64,000 bases of DNA from NCBI GenBank assembly GCA_043228905.1, contig JBHGNT010000016.1:5890001-5954000 (forward strand), in the 5' to 3' direction. Positions 11,491-21,939 of the stretch are shown one piece after another (positions within the stretch are counted from its first letter, which is position 1; each line of letters opens with the position of its first letter). The position numbers and the translations under genes were made by a program. The stretch is from Azolla caroliniana. Lineage: Eukaryota; Plantae; Polypodiophyta. Under the pieces are notes generated by a model. The model was not told the DNA's origin and made no database searches. It worked only from the letters and a program-made list of their open reading frames with translations.

Positions 11491-13971
11491 ATCTCAGTTT
11501 GCTAACTTGGAATATACAAGGAATTGGTGGCACCCAATTCCAGATGAAAAAGAATGTGTTGGCTGCTGAAATTCAGCGATGCACTGAGGCAGTGTTGCCT
11601 GATATTATCTTGGTGCAGGAGCACCATCTAGATGGGGACAAGATCGATAAAATAGGAAGCATTTGCGCCGGAAACTGGACCAATACATGGTCAGCAGCTA
11701 CGGGAGATAGGTAGATTCAGGGGGGAGTACTTATAGCTATGAAAGCTAAGTTTACTGCTGACTGTACAGGCAGGGGTAGTTTAATAGAGGGTCGTGCTGT
11801 CTACATAAGGATAAAACACAGTTGTGGGCACTTGGGCATACTGAACATTTATGCCCCAAATTCAGCTGCTGAAAGACAAGAATTCTGGTTGCAACTAGTG
11901 GCCAAGAAACCAGATGCTGAGTTGTGGATCATTGGAGGAGACTTTAATATGGTGGAGCATCCACAAGATAGAAGAGGCAATGCAAATGGAACGGTACAGG
12001 GGGCAGAGAAGAATGCATGGGATAAGTTTTGTTTAGCATATAATGTGATAGATTGTTGGAATGCCCCTAACTTTCAAATGCAAAAAGAAAAATCTCTTCG
12101 CTACTCTAGAGTAGGAGGAAGTGTGCACGGGAGGACAATATCTAGGCTAGACAGATGGTATTTGGACCCTCGACTCATGGATAGGAAAGGTAGATGCATT
12201 ATTTGCCCGGGTACAATGTTCTCTGATCATGCCCCAGTTCTGTTACACATACAAGAAAACAATCGCTGCAAGCCACATAATGTGAAGGTGTGTAAGGAAT
12301 TGGTTATGGATACTAAATGGACCGATGATATATGGAAAATATCGTATGATATCAGATGGAGGTACCTTGACCCTGCTCATAGGATGGCTGGGAAACTTGA
12401 GGCATGTGCAGGGTTTTTTCAACAAAAAGCGATTGAAATTAGAAAAGAGATAAGAGAGAAAATGCAGAGAATGCAATGGTCACTTGCTTCTATGCAACGA
12501 CTAAGAGAATTATACCCACATAATGTATGGATTGAGGCGCAACTTGAGGAGGCCAAAAGCAAATTAGAGAGGTACCAAAAACTTAGGAGTACCTATGCCT
12601 ATCGAAGTAGGGCAGCAAGCTGGATGAGGGTAGGAGATCGGGTTACTAAAGGTTTTTTTAAAGGTGTTAAATGCAAAGGATCTGGGTTTCAACCTTCATG
12701 CTTAAAAAAGACAGATGGCACAATGACCTCATGCAAAGAGGAAATGCTTGAAATAGCCACAAGCTATTATACTCAACTACTAAATGTATGCAATAAGGAT
12801 CTGATTCATCAGGTTGCCTTTAGAAATATAATAAAGAGGATACCAAGGAAAGTTACGTCTCAAATGATGTTGAAAACTGTTTAATTGGCATTAAGGGAAT
12901 GAAAGTAGAATCGAACGAGGTATGCTACTAAAACTAGAGCACAGAAGGGCAAGAGGTGACCAACCAGTCCTTCAAAGAGAAAAGCCGATTAGGCTGATCG
13001 TAAAAACGGGCAAGAATATGATTATTGACCCTAAGCCAAGGGAGATCACACCGGCGACAGTGTGTTGGCCTATAGAAGGGCATTTGGATCAGTTATCATG
13101 GGACCCAGCCAGGTATTTTTGGAGAACTCAAGGACAAACTAATGGGGAAAAGCTGGTTCAATTTTTCAGGTATAACACGAAGATTGGGAGGCAAATTCTT
13201 CTAGAACAAAAACATGACAAGGTTGCGGCAAGGAAATTTTGGATGCAGGAGGGCATAAGTGAAAGGAGACTAGATAAATTCTGGAAAATGATATGGCATG
13301 ACAAATATGACCGCAAGATAATGATGTGTTTATGGCTTATTGCACATAGAGCCTTGCCGGTAGGGACGTGGGGCAAAGGCCCCAATGTAGACCCTAGATG
13401 TACTGCATGTGGACAGATAGAAAGCATCTCCCATTGTCTATGGGAATGTCACGGTGCAATGGCTGTATGGGGAAGGGCACTTCATTTGCTTTGCCATGCC
13501 TCTAGTTCGTTCACCCTCAACTGGGGACATGCTTGTTGGATGTGTCTTGACGTTGATGTGGCGATATACGATAGCACATGCAATGCTAAGTACAGAGGGG
13601 AGAATGGCATTGTTCGGCTGATCACTGACAATGGGGTACCTACAACTTGTGTACAAAATCAAAAACTTGAAGATCTTTGGATGTTGCTTGCCCCCATTAC
13701 TATATGGCATATATGGACAACAAGGTGTACCAAGGTATTTTCCGCACACAAACGCCCTCCAGCTGAATCGATTAAGCTAATTTGGCACACACTCATAACT
13801 ACACTAAGAGCTCAATATGAGCGGATTAATGGTACTAATGATGTTGTAGACCTAATGAGGCTGAATTTTCGAAAAAGATGGTGTACGACACCGATGGCTG
13901 CAGCAAATGGAATGGATATACTATGGAAGTATGATGTACCCAGATGGTTGCTTCCCCCTCCCATTAGTTGA
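11487..13971 (+). pseudogene. LINE ORF2: APE endonuclease + zf-RVT-like C-terminus, RT missing
   Basis: Endonuclease motifs LLTWNIQG, LVQE, NIYAP, GGDFN, SRLDR, SDH. C-terminal WLIAHRALP..CTACGQIESISHCLWEC. No YADD or KAYD RT motifs between 12880 and 12922. In-frame TAG at 11712. Confidence 0.88.
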
Positions 13972-14363
13972 ACGAGGGGCGTGAAAGACATGGCAAGTGG
14001 GATAGTGAAGGTAGGCGATGTATCTGAAAGGATGACTTGAGTCATATGTAAAAGTGTAAGATAAATAAGTGAGATCTCGTATGTAGGCTAGGATAATCTT
14101 GGCACGGCCTACCTGAGAAAGGGATCGTGTTCATGTATATTTTAACTAATGGAGTATATTCTCTTTTGGAAAAAAATAGCCCGAACATTGTGACACCTAA
14201 GGGAACATGAGATCTCTTGCTATTTTATACAAATTGGAAACCTTGAAGGGTTCCTTCCACATTACAAGTGTATTGGGAACTAGCCATTGTTGCTTACTAA
14301 AGGCTAGCTCTCACATATATTAAAATATGGTCACGTTTATTGTATACATTTGTCCTACGAACT

Positions 14364-17300
14364 TGTTGGGAATCAACGCTTGGATTCACCTTCTTCTTTC
14401 GCCCACAACCGAGTAATCGCGGATCAATGCAGCAGAAAATAGAAACCAAAAGAGAGAAACACACGAGTACACAGGGGTTAACGTGGAAAACCCTAGATGG
14501 GAAAAACCACGGGAGTACAAGACTCCAAACAACACTATACAAGAGAAGTATACAATGACGAGCTCCAAGGCGACGACCTTGAGCTCGCTGTCCTCGCCAC
14601 AGGCGGCGGAAATACACAGAGGCGTCGTCCTCTTCTTCTCTCGCGCTCTATCTCTCACTCTGTCTCACGGCTGCTCCCTCTTCACTCCTCTTGAGTGGAA
14701 AAACAGAAAAATGATAAGCAACAACAACACTGTTTGCCCTAAGTCATATTTATACTTATATGACTTTGGGCTATTTACAACTGTAGCCTCAGGGGCCCAT
14801 AGCGAACATATTCACGGATATGTCCCTGCATCCGGATCGCTCTCCGGGTACATTCGTCATCCGGTACCGAAACCGGGGTCTTCGTCATCCGGATCCGAAA
14901 CCGAAACCGGGCTTGTCGGCATTCATCTCTGATATCCGACCATCCCATGAGAAGGGACCGTAATCCCAACAAACTCCCCCTTCACTTCGGCATGGGATGT
15001 CTCTCCAATCCGATCCTCTTCCGGCATGCTTCCAGCTTGTCGGGTGTGAGGACCTTGGTCAGCATATCCGACCCGTTCTCGTCCGTGTGGATCTTTGTCA
15101 GCACGAACTCCTTGTCTTCTATCCTTTCCCGGATCCAGTGATATCTTCGCTGGATGTGCTTCGTCCGGGAGTGATAGGCCGCGTTCTTCGCAAGGTGGAT
15201 TGCACTCTGACTGTCGCAGTAGAGTCGGTACTCCTCCTGTCGGATACCGAGCTCTCTAATGAAGTCCTTCATCCATATTATTTCCTTGCCGGCTTCAACA
15301 GCCGCCATGTACTCCGCCTCCGTGGTTGACAGCGCAACCGTCTTCTGCAGCCTCGACTGCCATGAAACAGCTCCCCCTGCATACGTCATCACATACCCTG
15401 ATGTGGACCGGCTGGTATCTGCATCAGCCGACATATCCGAATCGGTAAAGCCGTCGAGTTCGGGCTTTCCGGAGCCGAATCGGAGGCACACGTTTGTCGT
15501 GCCCTTCAGGTATCGGAGTATCCACTTGGCCGCGTTCCAATGCTCTTTCCCGGGATTGCTCATGTACCGGCTCACCACTCCGACTGCATATCCGATGTCC
15601 GGTCTCGTACACACCATGGCGTACATCAAGCTCCCGACGGCTGAGGCATACGGCACTTTCATCATATCCTCCTTTTCAGCCTTTGTCTTGGGACTTTGCT
15701 TGCTGGACAGCTTGCAGTTTGTCGGGAGGGTCGATCCGACCGGTCTTGCTTCCGACATGTTGAACCGGTGAAGCACCTTCGTCACGTACTTCTCCTGTGA
15801 CAGCCACAACTGCTTCTTGCTCCGGTCCCGGATGATGTGCATCCCTAGTATTTGTCTCGCCGGACCCAGGTCCTTCATTGAGAAGGTTCGGTGAAGAGCC
15901 TTCTTCAGCACCCGGATCTTGACCTGGTCCCGTCCGACGATCAACATGTCGTCCACGTACAGGAGGAGTATTAGAAAGTCTCCTCCTTCGAGCTTCTTCA
16001 CAAACACGCAGTGGTCGGACTGCGTTTTGAGGTACCCTTCGTCGGTCATGAAGGAGTCGAACTTCCGGTACCATTGCTGGGGAGCCTGCTTCAGTCCGTA
16101 AAGGCTCTTCTTCAACCGGCATACCAGGTGCTCCTTCCCTTTCTTCTCGAATCCTTCCGGTTGCTGCATGTAGATCTCTTCATCGAGGTCACCGTGAAGG
16201 AATGCCGTCTTCACGTCCATCTGTTCTACCTCGAGGTCCATGCTTGCCGCTATGCTCAGCACCGTCCGGATGGAGGTCATCTTCACTACCGGGGCAAATA
16301 TCTCGTCGAAGTCGACGCCCTTCTTCTGCTGAAACCCCTTCACCACGATCCTGGCTTTGTATCTCGGGGGGTTTCCGGCATCTCCCAGTTTCAGCTTGAA
16401 CACCCACTTGTTTCGAAGTGCCCGCTTTCCTTTCGGCAACTCCACAAGTTCATATGTGTGGTTCTCGTGCAGGGAATCCATTTCGTCCTGCATGGCACTC
16501 AACCACCTGCGGCTCTGGGTGTCATGTTTTGCTTCTTCAAAGCTCTCCGGCTCCCCCTCGTCGGTTAGCAGCACGTGCTCTGGTTCCGGAAATCTCCGGG
16601 GGGCCCTTCTCTCTCTTAGAGGATATCTCCGTTCCGGAGCTTCGGTAACCGGTTCTTCCGATTCTTCTTCATCCGAATCCATTTCGGGATCGGGGCCGGT
16701 TCCGGTATCGTTTTCATCTTCTTCGGCCGGTTCTGTTTCTTCACCGTCTTCGGCCGGATCCTCGAGTGCTAACCGGTCCCTTGCCGGTCGGGACTGCTCC
16801 TTGTAGAGTTGATCCTCACCGGTCGACTTGGAGCTCTTCACCTTCTTCTCCGACTCCCAGTCGGCGAGTGTCTTGTCCTCCATGAAGATGATGTCTCGAC
16901 TCCTGAATATCTTCTTGTCGACCGGGTCCCATACTCGGTAGCCGAACTCGTCATCGCCGTAACCGAGGAATATGCATGGCCGGGTCTTTGGATCTAGCTT
17001 TCCTCTCCGGTCCTTTGCCACATGCACGTATGCGAGACACCCGAACACCTTCAGATGCCGGTAGGACACTTCCTTACCGGTCCACACTTTCTGCGGCGTG
17101 TCTCCGTCCAGAGGTACTGAGGGTGATCTGTTTATCACGTATATCGCCGTCGACATTGCCTCAGCCCAAAACCCCTTGGGTAATTTCGCATGCGCCAGCA
17201 TACTCCGGACCCGCTCCATTATGGTCCGGTTCATCCTCTCAGCCAGCCCGTTCAGTTCCGGCGTCTTCGGCACAGTAAACTCGAGTCGGATTCCCTTCGA

Positions 17301-19693
17301 GCGACAGTACTCCTGGAACTGCCCCCGGTATTCCCCTCCGTTATCCGCTCGTATCGCTTTCAGCTTCTTGCCGGATTCCCTTTCCACTCTCGCATGGAGT
17401 TCTTTGAAGACGCACAACGCTTGGTCCTTTGTCTTCAACGGTGCCGTCCACAGCTTCCGGCTGTGATCATCAATGAATGTTACGAAGTACTGGGCTCCGC
17501 CATGTGACTTCGTTTCTACCTGACACACATCAGTGTGCACCAACTCCAATGGTGCGCTCCGTCTCGTCGGTGGCCTTGAGTGGAAGGAGGTTCGGTTCTG
17601 CTTACCGGCCAGGCAATCGGTGCACTTCTCCAGGTGCACATGCTTCACTGGGATAAGGTTGTCTTCTGCAAGCCTCTTCATCCCCTTCTCACTCATGTGG
17701 CACAGTCTCTTGTGCCACAGCTCACCGGCAGTGTCGGCTGCCACATTCAGTTCTTCCGGACATAACCGGGCATTCATCAGGTACAGTGTGTTGACTTTCC
17801 GGGCCCGAGCCACTATCAGGCTCCCCTTGCTGAACTTCATTACGCCGTTCCGGATGCTACCTGTGTAGCCTTCATCGTCTAGCCTCCCGGCCGAAATCAG
17901 GTTCAATCGAACCTCCGGAACGTGTCGGACATCCTTCAGCAGCATTTTGCATCCGGTCGGGGTTGTCAACCACACGTCTCCTATGCCGGAAATCCGGCAC
18001 GTACCTTCATTTCCCATCCGAACACAGCCATGCTCACCGGCTGTGTAGGATGAGAAGTATCTTCTCTCCGGGGTCAGGTGGAACGATGCTCCGGAATCGA
18101 CCACCCAGGTCGTCTCATCGACGGCAACGTTTAGCTCACCTTCTTCGGTGATGAGCATGATTTCTTCCTCACTTGCCGCGAGTGCCGTTGTTCCTTTCCG
18201 GTCCTGTCCTCGCCGATCCGAACCATTCCGGTCCGTGGCTCCCCGGTATTCACCGTTTCTCTCCGGTGACTTCTTCGAATCGGTGTTGTCGGTTCCATTG
18301 TCTTTTCGGTAATGCCGACAATTCTTTCGGAAGTGCCCCGGCTTCCCACAGTGGAAGCATGTGGGCCTTCCTCTTGACTGCGACCGGGTCCCCGACTTCT
18401 CCCGTCTTTGCGGACTCCGGTTCCATTGTCTTCCCCGATCCGATTCGGTAAACAACATCTTCGGGTCGGAGGCCGGTTCCTTATCTCTCCGACGCGCTTC
18501 TTCATTCAAAATACTTGTCTTTACCGTTTGTAAGGACAAGTTATCTTCGGTGCAGGAGGTGCTGAGAGTCACCACCAAGTTCTCCCAGCTTTCCGGCAAT
18601 GTACACATCAGGATGATGGCTTGCATTGCATCCTCCAACGGGAACTTGATCGCCGCAAGCTGATTCACGAATCCCATGAACGTGCTTACGTGTTCCACCA
18701 TACTCTCGCCGTCCCGGTACTTGAGGTTCACTATCTTCCTCATCAGGGAGGTCCGGTTCAACGCATTCTTCCTCTCGTAGAGGCCCGACAGCTTCTTCCA
18801 CATCTCATATGCGTTGGTGTCGTTCGCCACATGTTGTAGGACGCTTACATCGACATATTGTCGGATTGTCGCTACGGCTTTCCGGTTCAGGAGCTTCCAC
18901 TCCGACTCAAGTACCCCCTTCGGTATTTCCGACCTGTCAATCGGTTCGTACAGGTCCCGAACAATCAGAAGATCCTCCATCTTGATCTTCCAGTCGGCGT
19001 AATTCTGCGCATTCAGCACCATCATCCCCGGCTGCCCGCTGCCGCCGCCTTCCATTTTCTGCAGCAGTTTGCTCTGATACCAGTTTGTTGGGAATCAACG
19101 CTTGGATTCACCTTCTTCTTTCGCCCACAACCGAGTAATCGCGGATCAATGCAGCAGAAAATAGAAACCAAAAGAGAGAAACACACGAGTACACAGGGGT
19201 TAACGTGGAAAACCCTAGATGGGAAAAACCACGGGAGTACAAGACTCCAAACAACACTATACAAGAGAAGTATACAATGACGAGCTCCAAGGCGACGACC
19301 TTGAGCTCGCTGTCCTCGCCACAGGCGGCGGAAATACACAGAGGCGTCGTCCTCTTCCTCTCTCGCGCTCTATCTCTCACTCTGTCTCACGGCTGCTCCC
19401 TCTTCACTCCTCTTGAGTGGAAAAACAGAAAAATGATAAGCAACAACAACACTGTTTGCCCTAAGTCATATTTATACTTATATGACTTTGGGCTATTTAC
19501 AACTGTAGCCTCAGGGGCCCATAGCGAACATATTCACGGATATGTCCCTGCATCCGGATCGCTCTCCGGGTACATTCGTCATCCGGTACCGAAACCGGGG
19601 TCTTCGTCATCCGGATCCGAAACCGAAACCGGGCTTGTCGGCATTCATCTCCGATATCCGACCATCCCATGAGAAGGGACCGTAATCCCAACA
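14364..19693 (-). mobile_element. Intact Ty1/Copia element A (Tnt1/Tork-like)
   Basis: 608-bp LTRs at 14364-14971 and 19086-19693 with two visible C/T differences. TG..CA ends, TSD GAACT, iMet PBS 19071-19082, PPT GGGGGAG overlapping the stop codon. Confidence 0.97.
14982..19055 (-). CDS. gag-pol: Copia Gag-PR-INT-RT-RNaseH polyprotein, 1357 aa
   Basis: Uninterrupted ORF with CFHCGKPGHFRKNC, WVVDSGAS, HKRLCH..CTDC, DNGGE, YVDD and TKHI. Confidence 0.97.
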   Translation of the reverse strand: MEGGGSGQPGMMVLNAQNYADWKIKMEDLLIVRDLYEPIDRSEIPKGVLESEWKLLNRKAVATIRQYVDVSVLQHVANDTNAYEMWKKLSGLYERKNALNRTSLMRKIVNLKYRDGESMVEHVSTFMGFVNQLAAIKFPLEDAMQAIILMCTLPESWENLVVTLSTSCTEDNLSLQTVKTSILNEEARRRDKEPASDPKMLFTESDRGRQWNRSPQRREKSGTRSQSRGRPTCFHCGKPGHFRKNCRHYRKDNGTDNTDSKKSPERNGEYRGATDRNGSDRRGQDRKGTTALAASEEEIMLITEEGELNVAVDETTWVVDSGASFHLTPERRYFSSYTAGEHGCVRMGNEGTCRISGIGDVWLTTPTGCKMLLKDVRHVPEVRLNLISAGRLDDEGYTGSIRNGVMKFSKGSLIVARARKVNTLYLMNARLCPEELNVAADTAGELWHKRLCHMSEKGMKRLAEDNLIPVKHVHLEKCTDCLAGKQNRTSFHSRPPTRRSAPLELVHTDVCQVETKSHGGAQYFVTFIDDHSRKLWTAPLKTKDQALCVFKELHARVERESGKKLKAIRADNGGEYRGQFQEYCRSKGIRLEFTVPKTPELNGLAERMNRTIMERVRSMLAHAKLPKGFWAEAMSTAIYVINRSPSVPLDGDTPQKVWTGKEVSYRHLKVFGCLAYVHVAKDRRGKLDPKTRPCIFLGYGDDEFGYRVWDPVDKKIFRSRDIIFMEDKTLADWESEKKVKSSKSTGEDQLYKEQSRPARDRLALEDPAEDGEETEPAEEDENDTGTGPDPEMDSDEEESEEPVTEAPERRYPLRERRAPRRFPEPEHVLLTDEGEPESFEEAKHDTQSRRWLSAMQDEMDSLHENHTYELVELPKGKRALRNKWVFKLKLGDAGNPPRYKARIVVKGFQQKKGVDFDEIFAPVVKMTSIRTVLSIAASMDLEVEQMDVKTAFLHGDLDEEIYMQQPEGFEKKGKEHLVCRLKKSLYGLKQAPQQWYRKFDSFMTDEGYLKTQSDHCVFVKKLEGGDFLILLLYVDDMLIVGRDQVKIRVLKKALHRTFSMKDLGPARQILGMHIIRDRSKKQLWLSQEKYVTKVLHRFNMSEARPVGSTLPTNCKLSSKQSPKTKAEKEDMMKVPYASAVGSLMYAMVCTRPDIGYAVGVVSRYMSNPGKEHWNAAKWILRYLKGTTNVCLRFGSGKPELDGFTDSDMSADADTSRSTSGYVMTYAGGAVSWQSRLQKTVALSTTEAEYMAAVEAGKEIIWMKDFIRELGIRQEEYRLYCDSQSAIHLAKNAAYHSRTKHIQRRYHWIRERIEDKEFVLTKIHTDENGSDMLTKVLTPDKLEACRKRIGLERHPMPK

Positions 19694-19697
19694 GAAC

Positions 19698-20181
19698 TGT
19701 CATTGATAGAGAGTATGCACAAGAGAGTAGAAAATAATCAAAAGGATGAGTTGATTAATTGAAAGACTCTATAACTGGTGTTGTTCACCTTGATTGTAAT
19801 CTAGGTGAACAGACATATTTATACAAGTTCTAAGATTGAATATCTCTAGAATATACTTAAGAAATATCTCTAGAATATACCCGTCTAGAATATACTATAG
19901 AATATTTCTAGAATATACTAAAGGTTAGAATATTTTGAATATTTTATATGCTAGACTATATTAAACCATATATAATTTATATGTAACTTAAGGGTTTCCA
20001 AATGGTTTATCTAATACAAAGTATTGGGTGTGTTTTAGGTTAGAGGCTCAAGTATAGACGTGACATTCTCCCCCCTCCTATGTTGCCTCCCCAAACCTGT
20101 TGCCGGTTTGTGGGGATATCAGAGATGAAAATCTTGGACCACCTCTGGAGCATTTTGTAAATTCTTCGTTGGTTCCCACAT
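19698..20181 (-). mobile_element. 3' end of split chromovirus G: chromodomain end, PPT, 3' LTR (~19698-20065)
   Basis: Minus-strand WEPTKNLQNAPEVVQDFH continues GYPLFDT from 31060. PPT GGAGGGGGGAGAA precedes TGTCACG. Confidence 0.8.
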
Positions 20182-21129
20182 TGTCGTGGGGAATTTCAGC
20201 CACAAGGAGAAAAGGGACCGGAGAAACATGCACCGACGCGCGCGAAAATAAATTGTGTACTTGTAAATAACATAGGACTAGGCTAGGTCGGCATGATGTA
20301 TAAAACTTTAATAGGGAAAATTAAATAAGGGAATAAATCTAGGCGAATCTTTGTTCAGGACGGCAGAGATTAACTACTTGATGTAACAACCCTCTCCCTC
20401 CCTTGTCTATAAAAGGGAAGTCGAGAGGATTGAGTTAGGGATCACGTGTTTAGGGAGAACGAAGTGTTGTTGGATTGGGAACCGAGCACTTATTCTTTGT
20501 AGTCTCTGCATTTTTTTTTTCTATTGTTTCCTCTTAGGTCGGATGCCTCTGCTCGTGTAGGAAGCCCGTGTGCTCTCGACAGAGGCTCCACGATGTAACT
20601 TCTCTGCCTTCTAATTGAAATGTTGGTGTGCGTTGTCGTGAAGAATTCCGTCTATAGTGTGAAATCGGGGTGGAATGGGCAAATCGATGGTGTGCAACAT
20701 GTGCACATGTATAGTAGGAAACAGTGTATAGAAAAAGGGGAGTATTTGTCCCACATTGTAACGCCCTCCCCTACTTGGGCTATAAAAGGAAGGGAGGGGT
20801 CACTTTGGGAGGGGTTGCCCATTTTGAGTCGTAAGGGTATACCATTTTGTAGAGGGTCGTTTTGTTAAGGATTTCTAGGGTTAATAATTGTCTTGTGGGC
20901 TTCTCCTTCTTGAGAAGTCGGGCGCCACAGCTATGGCGGCAAAGCTGTTAGGTTAACTTCCTTTCTTGGGAGCGTAGCCGGCTCGAAGCTGGGGTTGTAT
21001 CTTTCCGCTGTAATATATATACTTATACCTGTTTGTGCATATTGGTGTATTTGGCGGTGTCGGGAACATAGCCCTTGTTCCCTATGCATAAGAGTCGGCG
21101 TCCTACGCATGCTCTCTCTCCCTCTCCTT

Positions 21130-21187
<58 letters not shown>

Positions 21188-21299
21188 GTTCGGTTGCATC
21201 CGAGTCGTGTCCTGTGTTGGTTTCTTGTGTTGGGATTACGGTCCCTCCGGATGGGATGTCCGGAGATGAATGACGGCAAGCCCGGTTGCGGTTACGGAA

Positions 21300-21476
21300 C
21301 CGGATGATGAAGAGTACCCGGCATGAAGCCGGATGAAGAGTACCCGGATGCGGATCCGGATGATGAAGAGTACCCGGCATGAAGCCGGATGAAGGGTACC
21401 CGGATACGGATCCGGATGATGAAGACCCCGGCTACGGAGCCGGATGACGAATGTACCCGGAGAGAGATCCGGATGC
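21300..21476 (+). repeat. CCGGATGA(TGA)AGAGTACCCGG tandem array in U3 (also 26099-26275)
   Basis: Repeated CCGGATG...ACCCGG units, including a 56-bp higher-order duplication. Confidence 0.9.
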
Positions 21477-21939
21477 AGGGACATATTTGTGAATATGTTT
21501 GCTAAGAGCCCTTGAGGCTATATTTGTAAATATCCCGAAAGTCATATATGTATAAATATGACTTAGGGCTAACAGTTTTATGTTGTTGTTGCTTATTTTT
21601 CATGAGAAGTGAGAGCAGCCGAGAGAGAGAGAGAGAGAGAGACGAAGAGGTCGTTGCCTCTGTGTATTACCGCCGCCTGTGGCGAGGACAGTGAGCTCAA
21701 GGTTGTTGCCTTGTAGCTTCACCATTGTACATCCCTGTTCATAGTGATAGTTGGAGGTTGAGGACTCCCGTGGTTTTTTTTATTTAGGGTTTTCACGTAA
21801 AACATCCAGTGTACCTTTCTCTCAGTTGTCTTCGTGCATATTGTATTTCCCGTTTTCTGTGACTTGATCGATCCAGTTCCTCGGTTGTGGCCGAGCACTG
21901 GTTCAATAAAGTGGTATCAGAGCGACGGTAACACAGAAA

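Larger units (their letters stand above)
9519..14173 (+). mobile_element. L1-clade LINE with 16-bp TSD, lacking the RT domain
   Basis: TSD AAATAGCCCGAACATT at 9503-9518 and 14174-14189, a short A tail, and an ORF1 + ORF2 layout. Confidence 0.9.

Noticed and set aside
14997-18839. Many antisense or alternative-frame ORFs over the Copia polyproteins
   Set aside because: Shadow ORFs of GC-rich coding sequence with no domain signatures.
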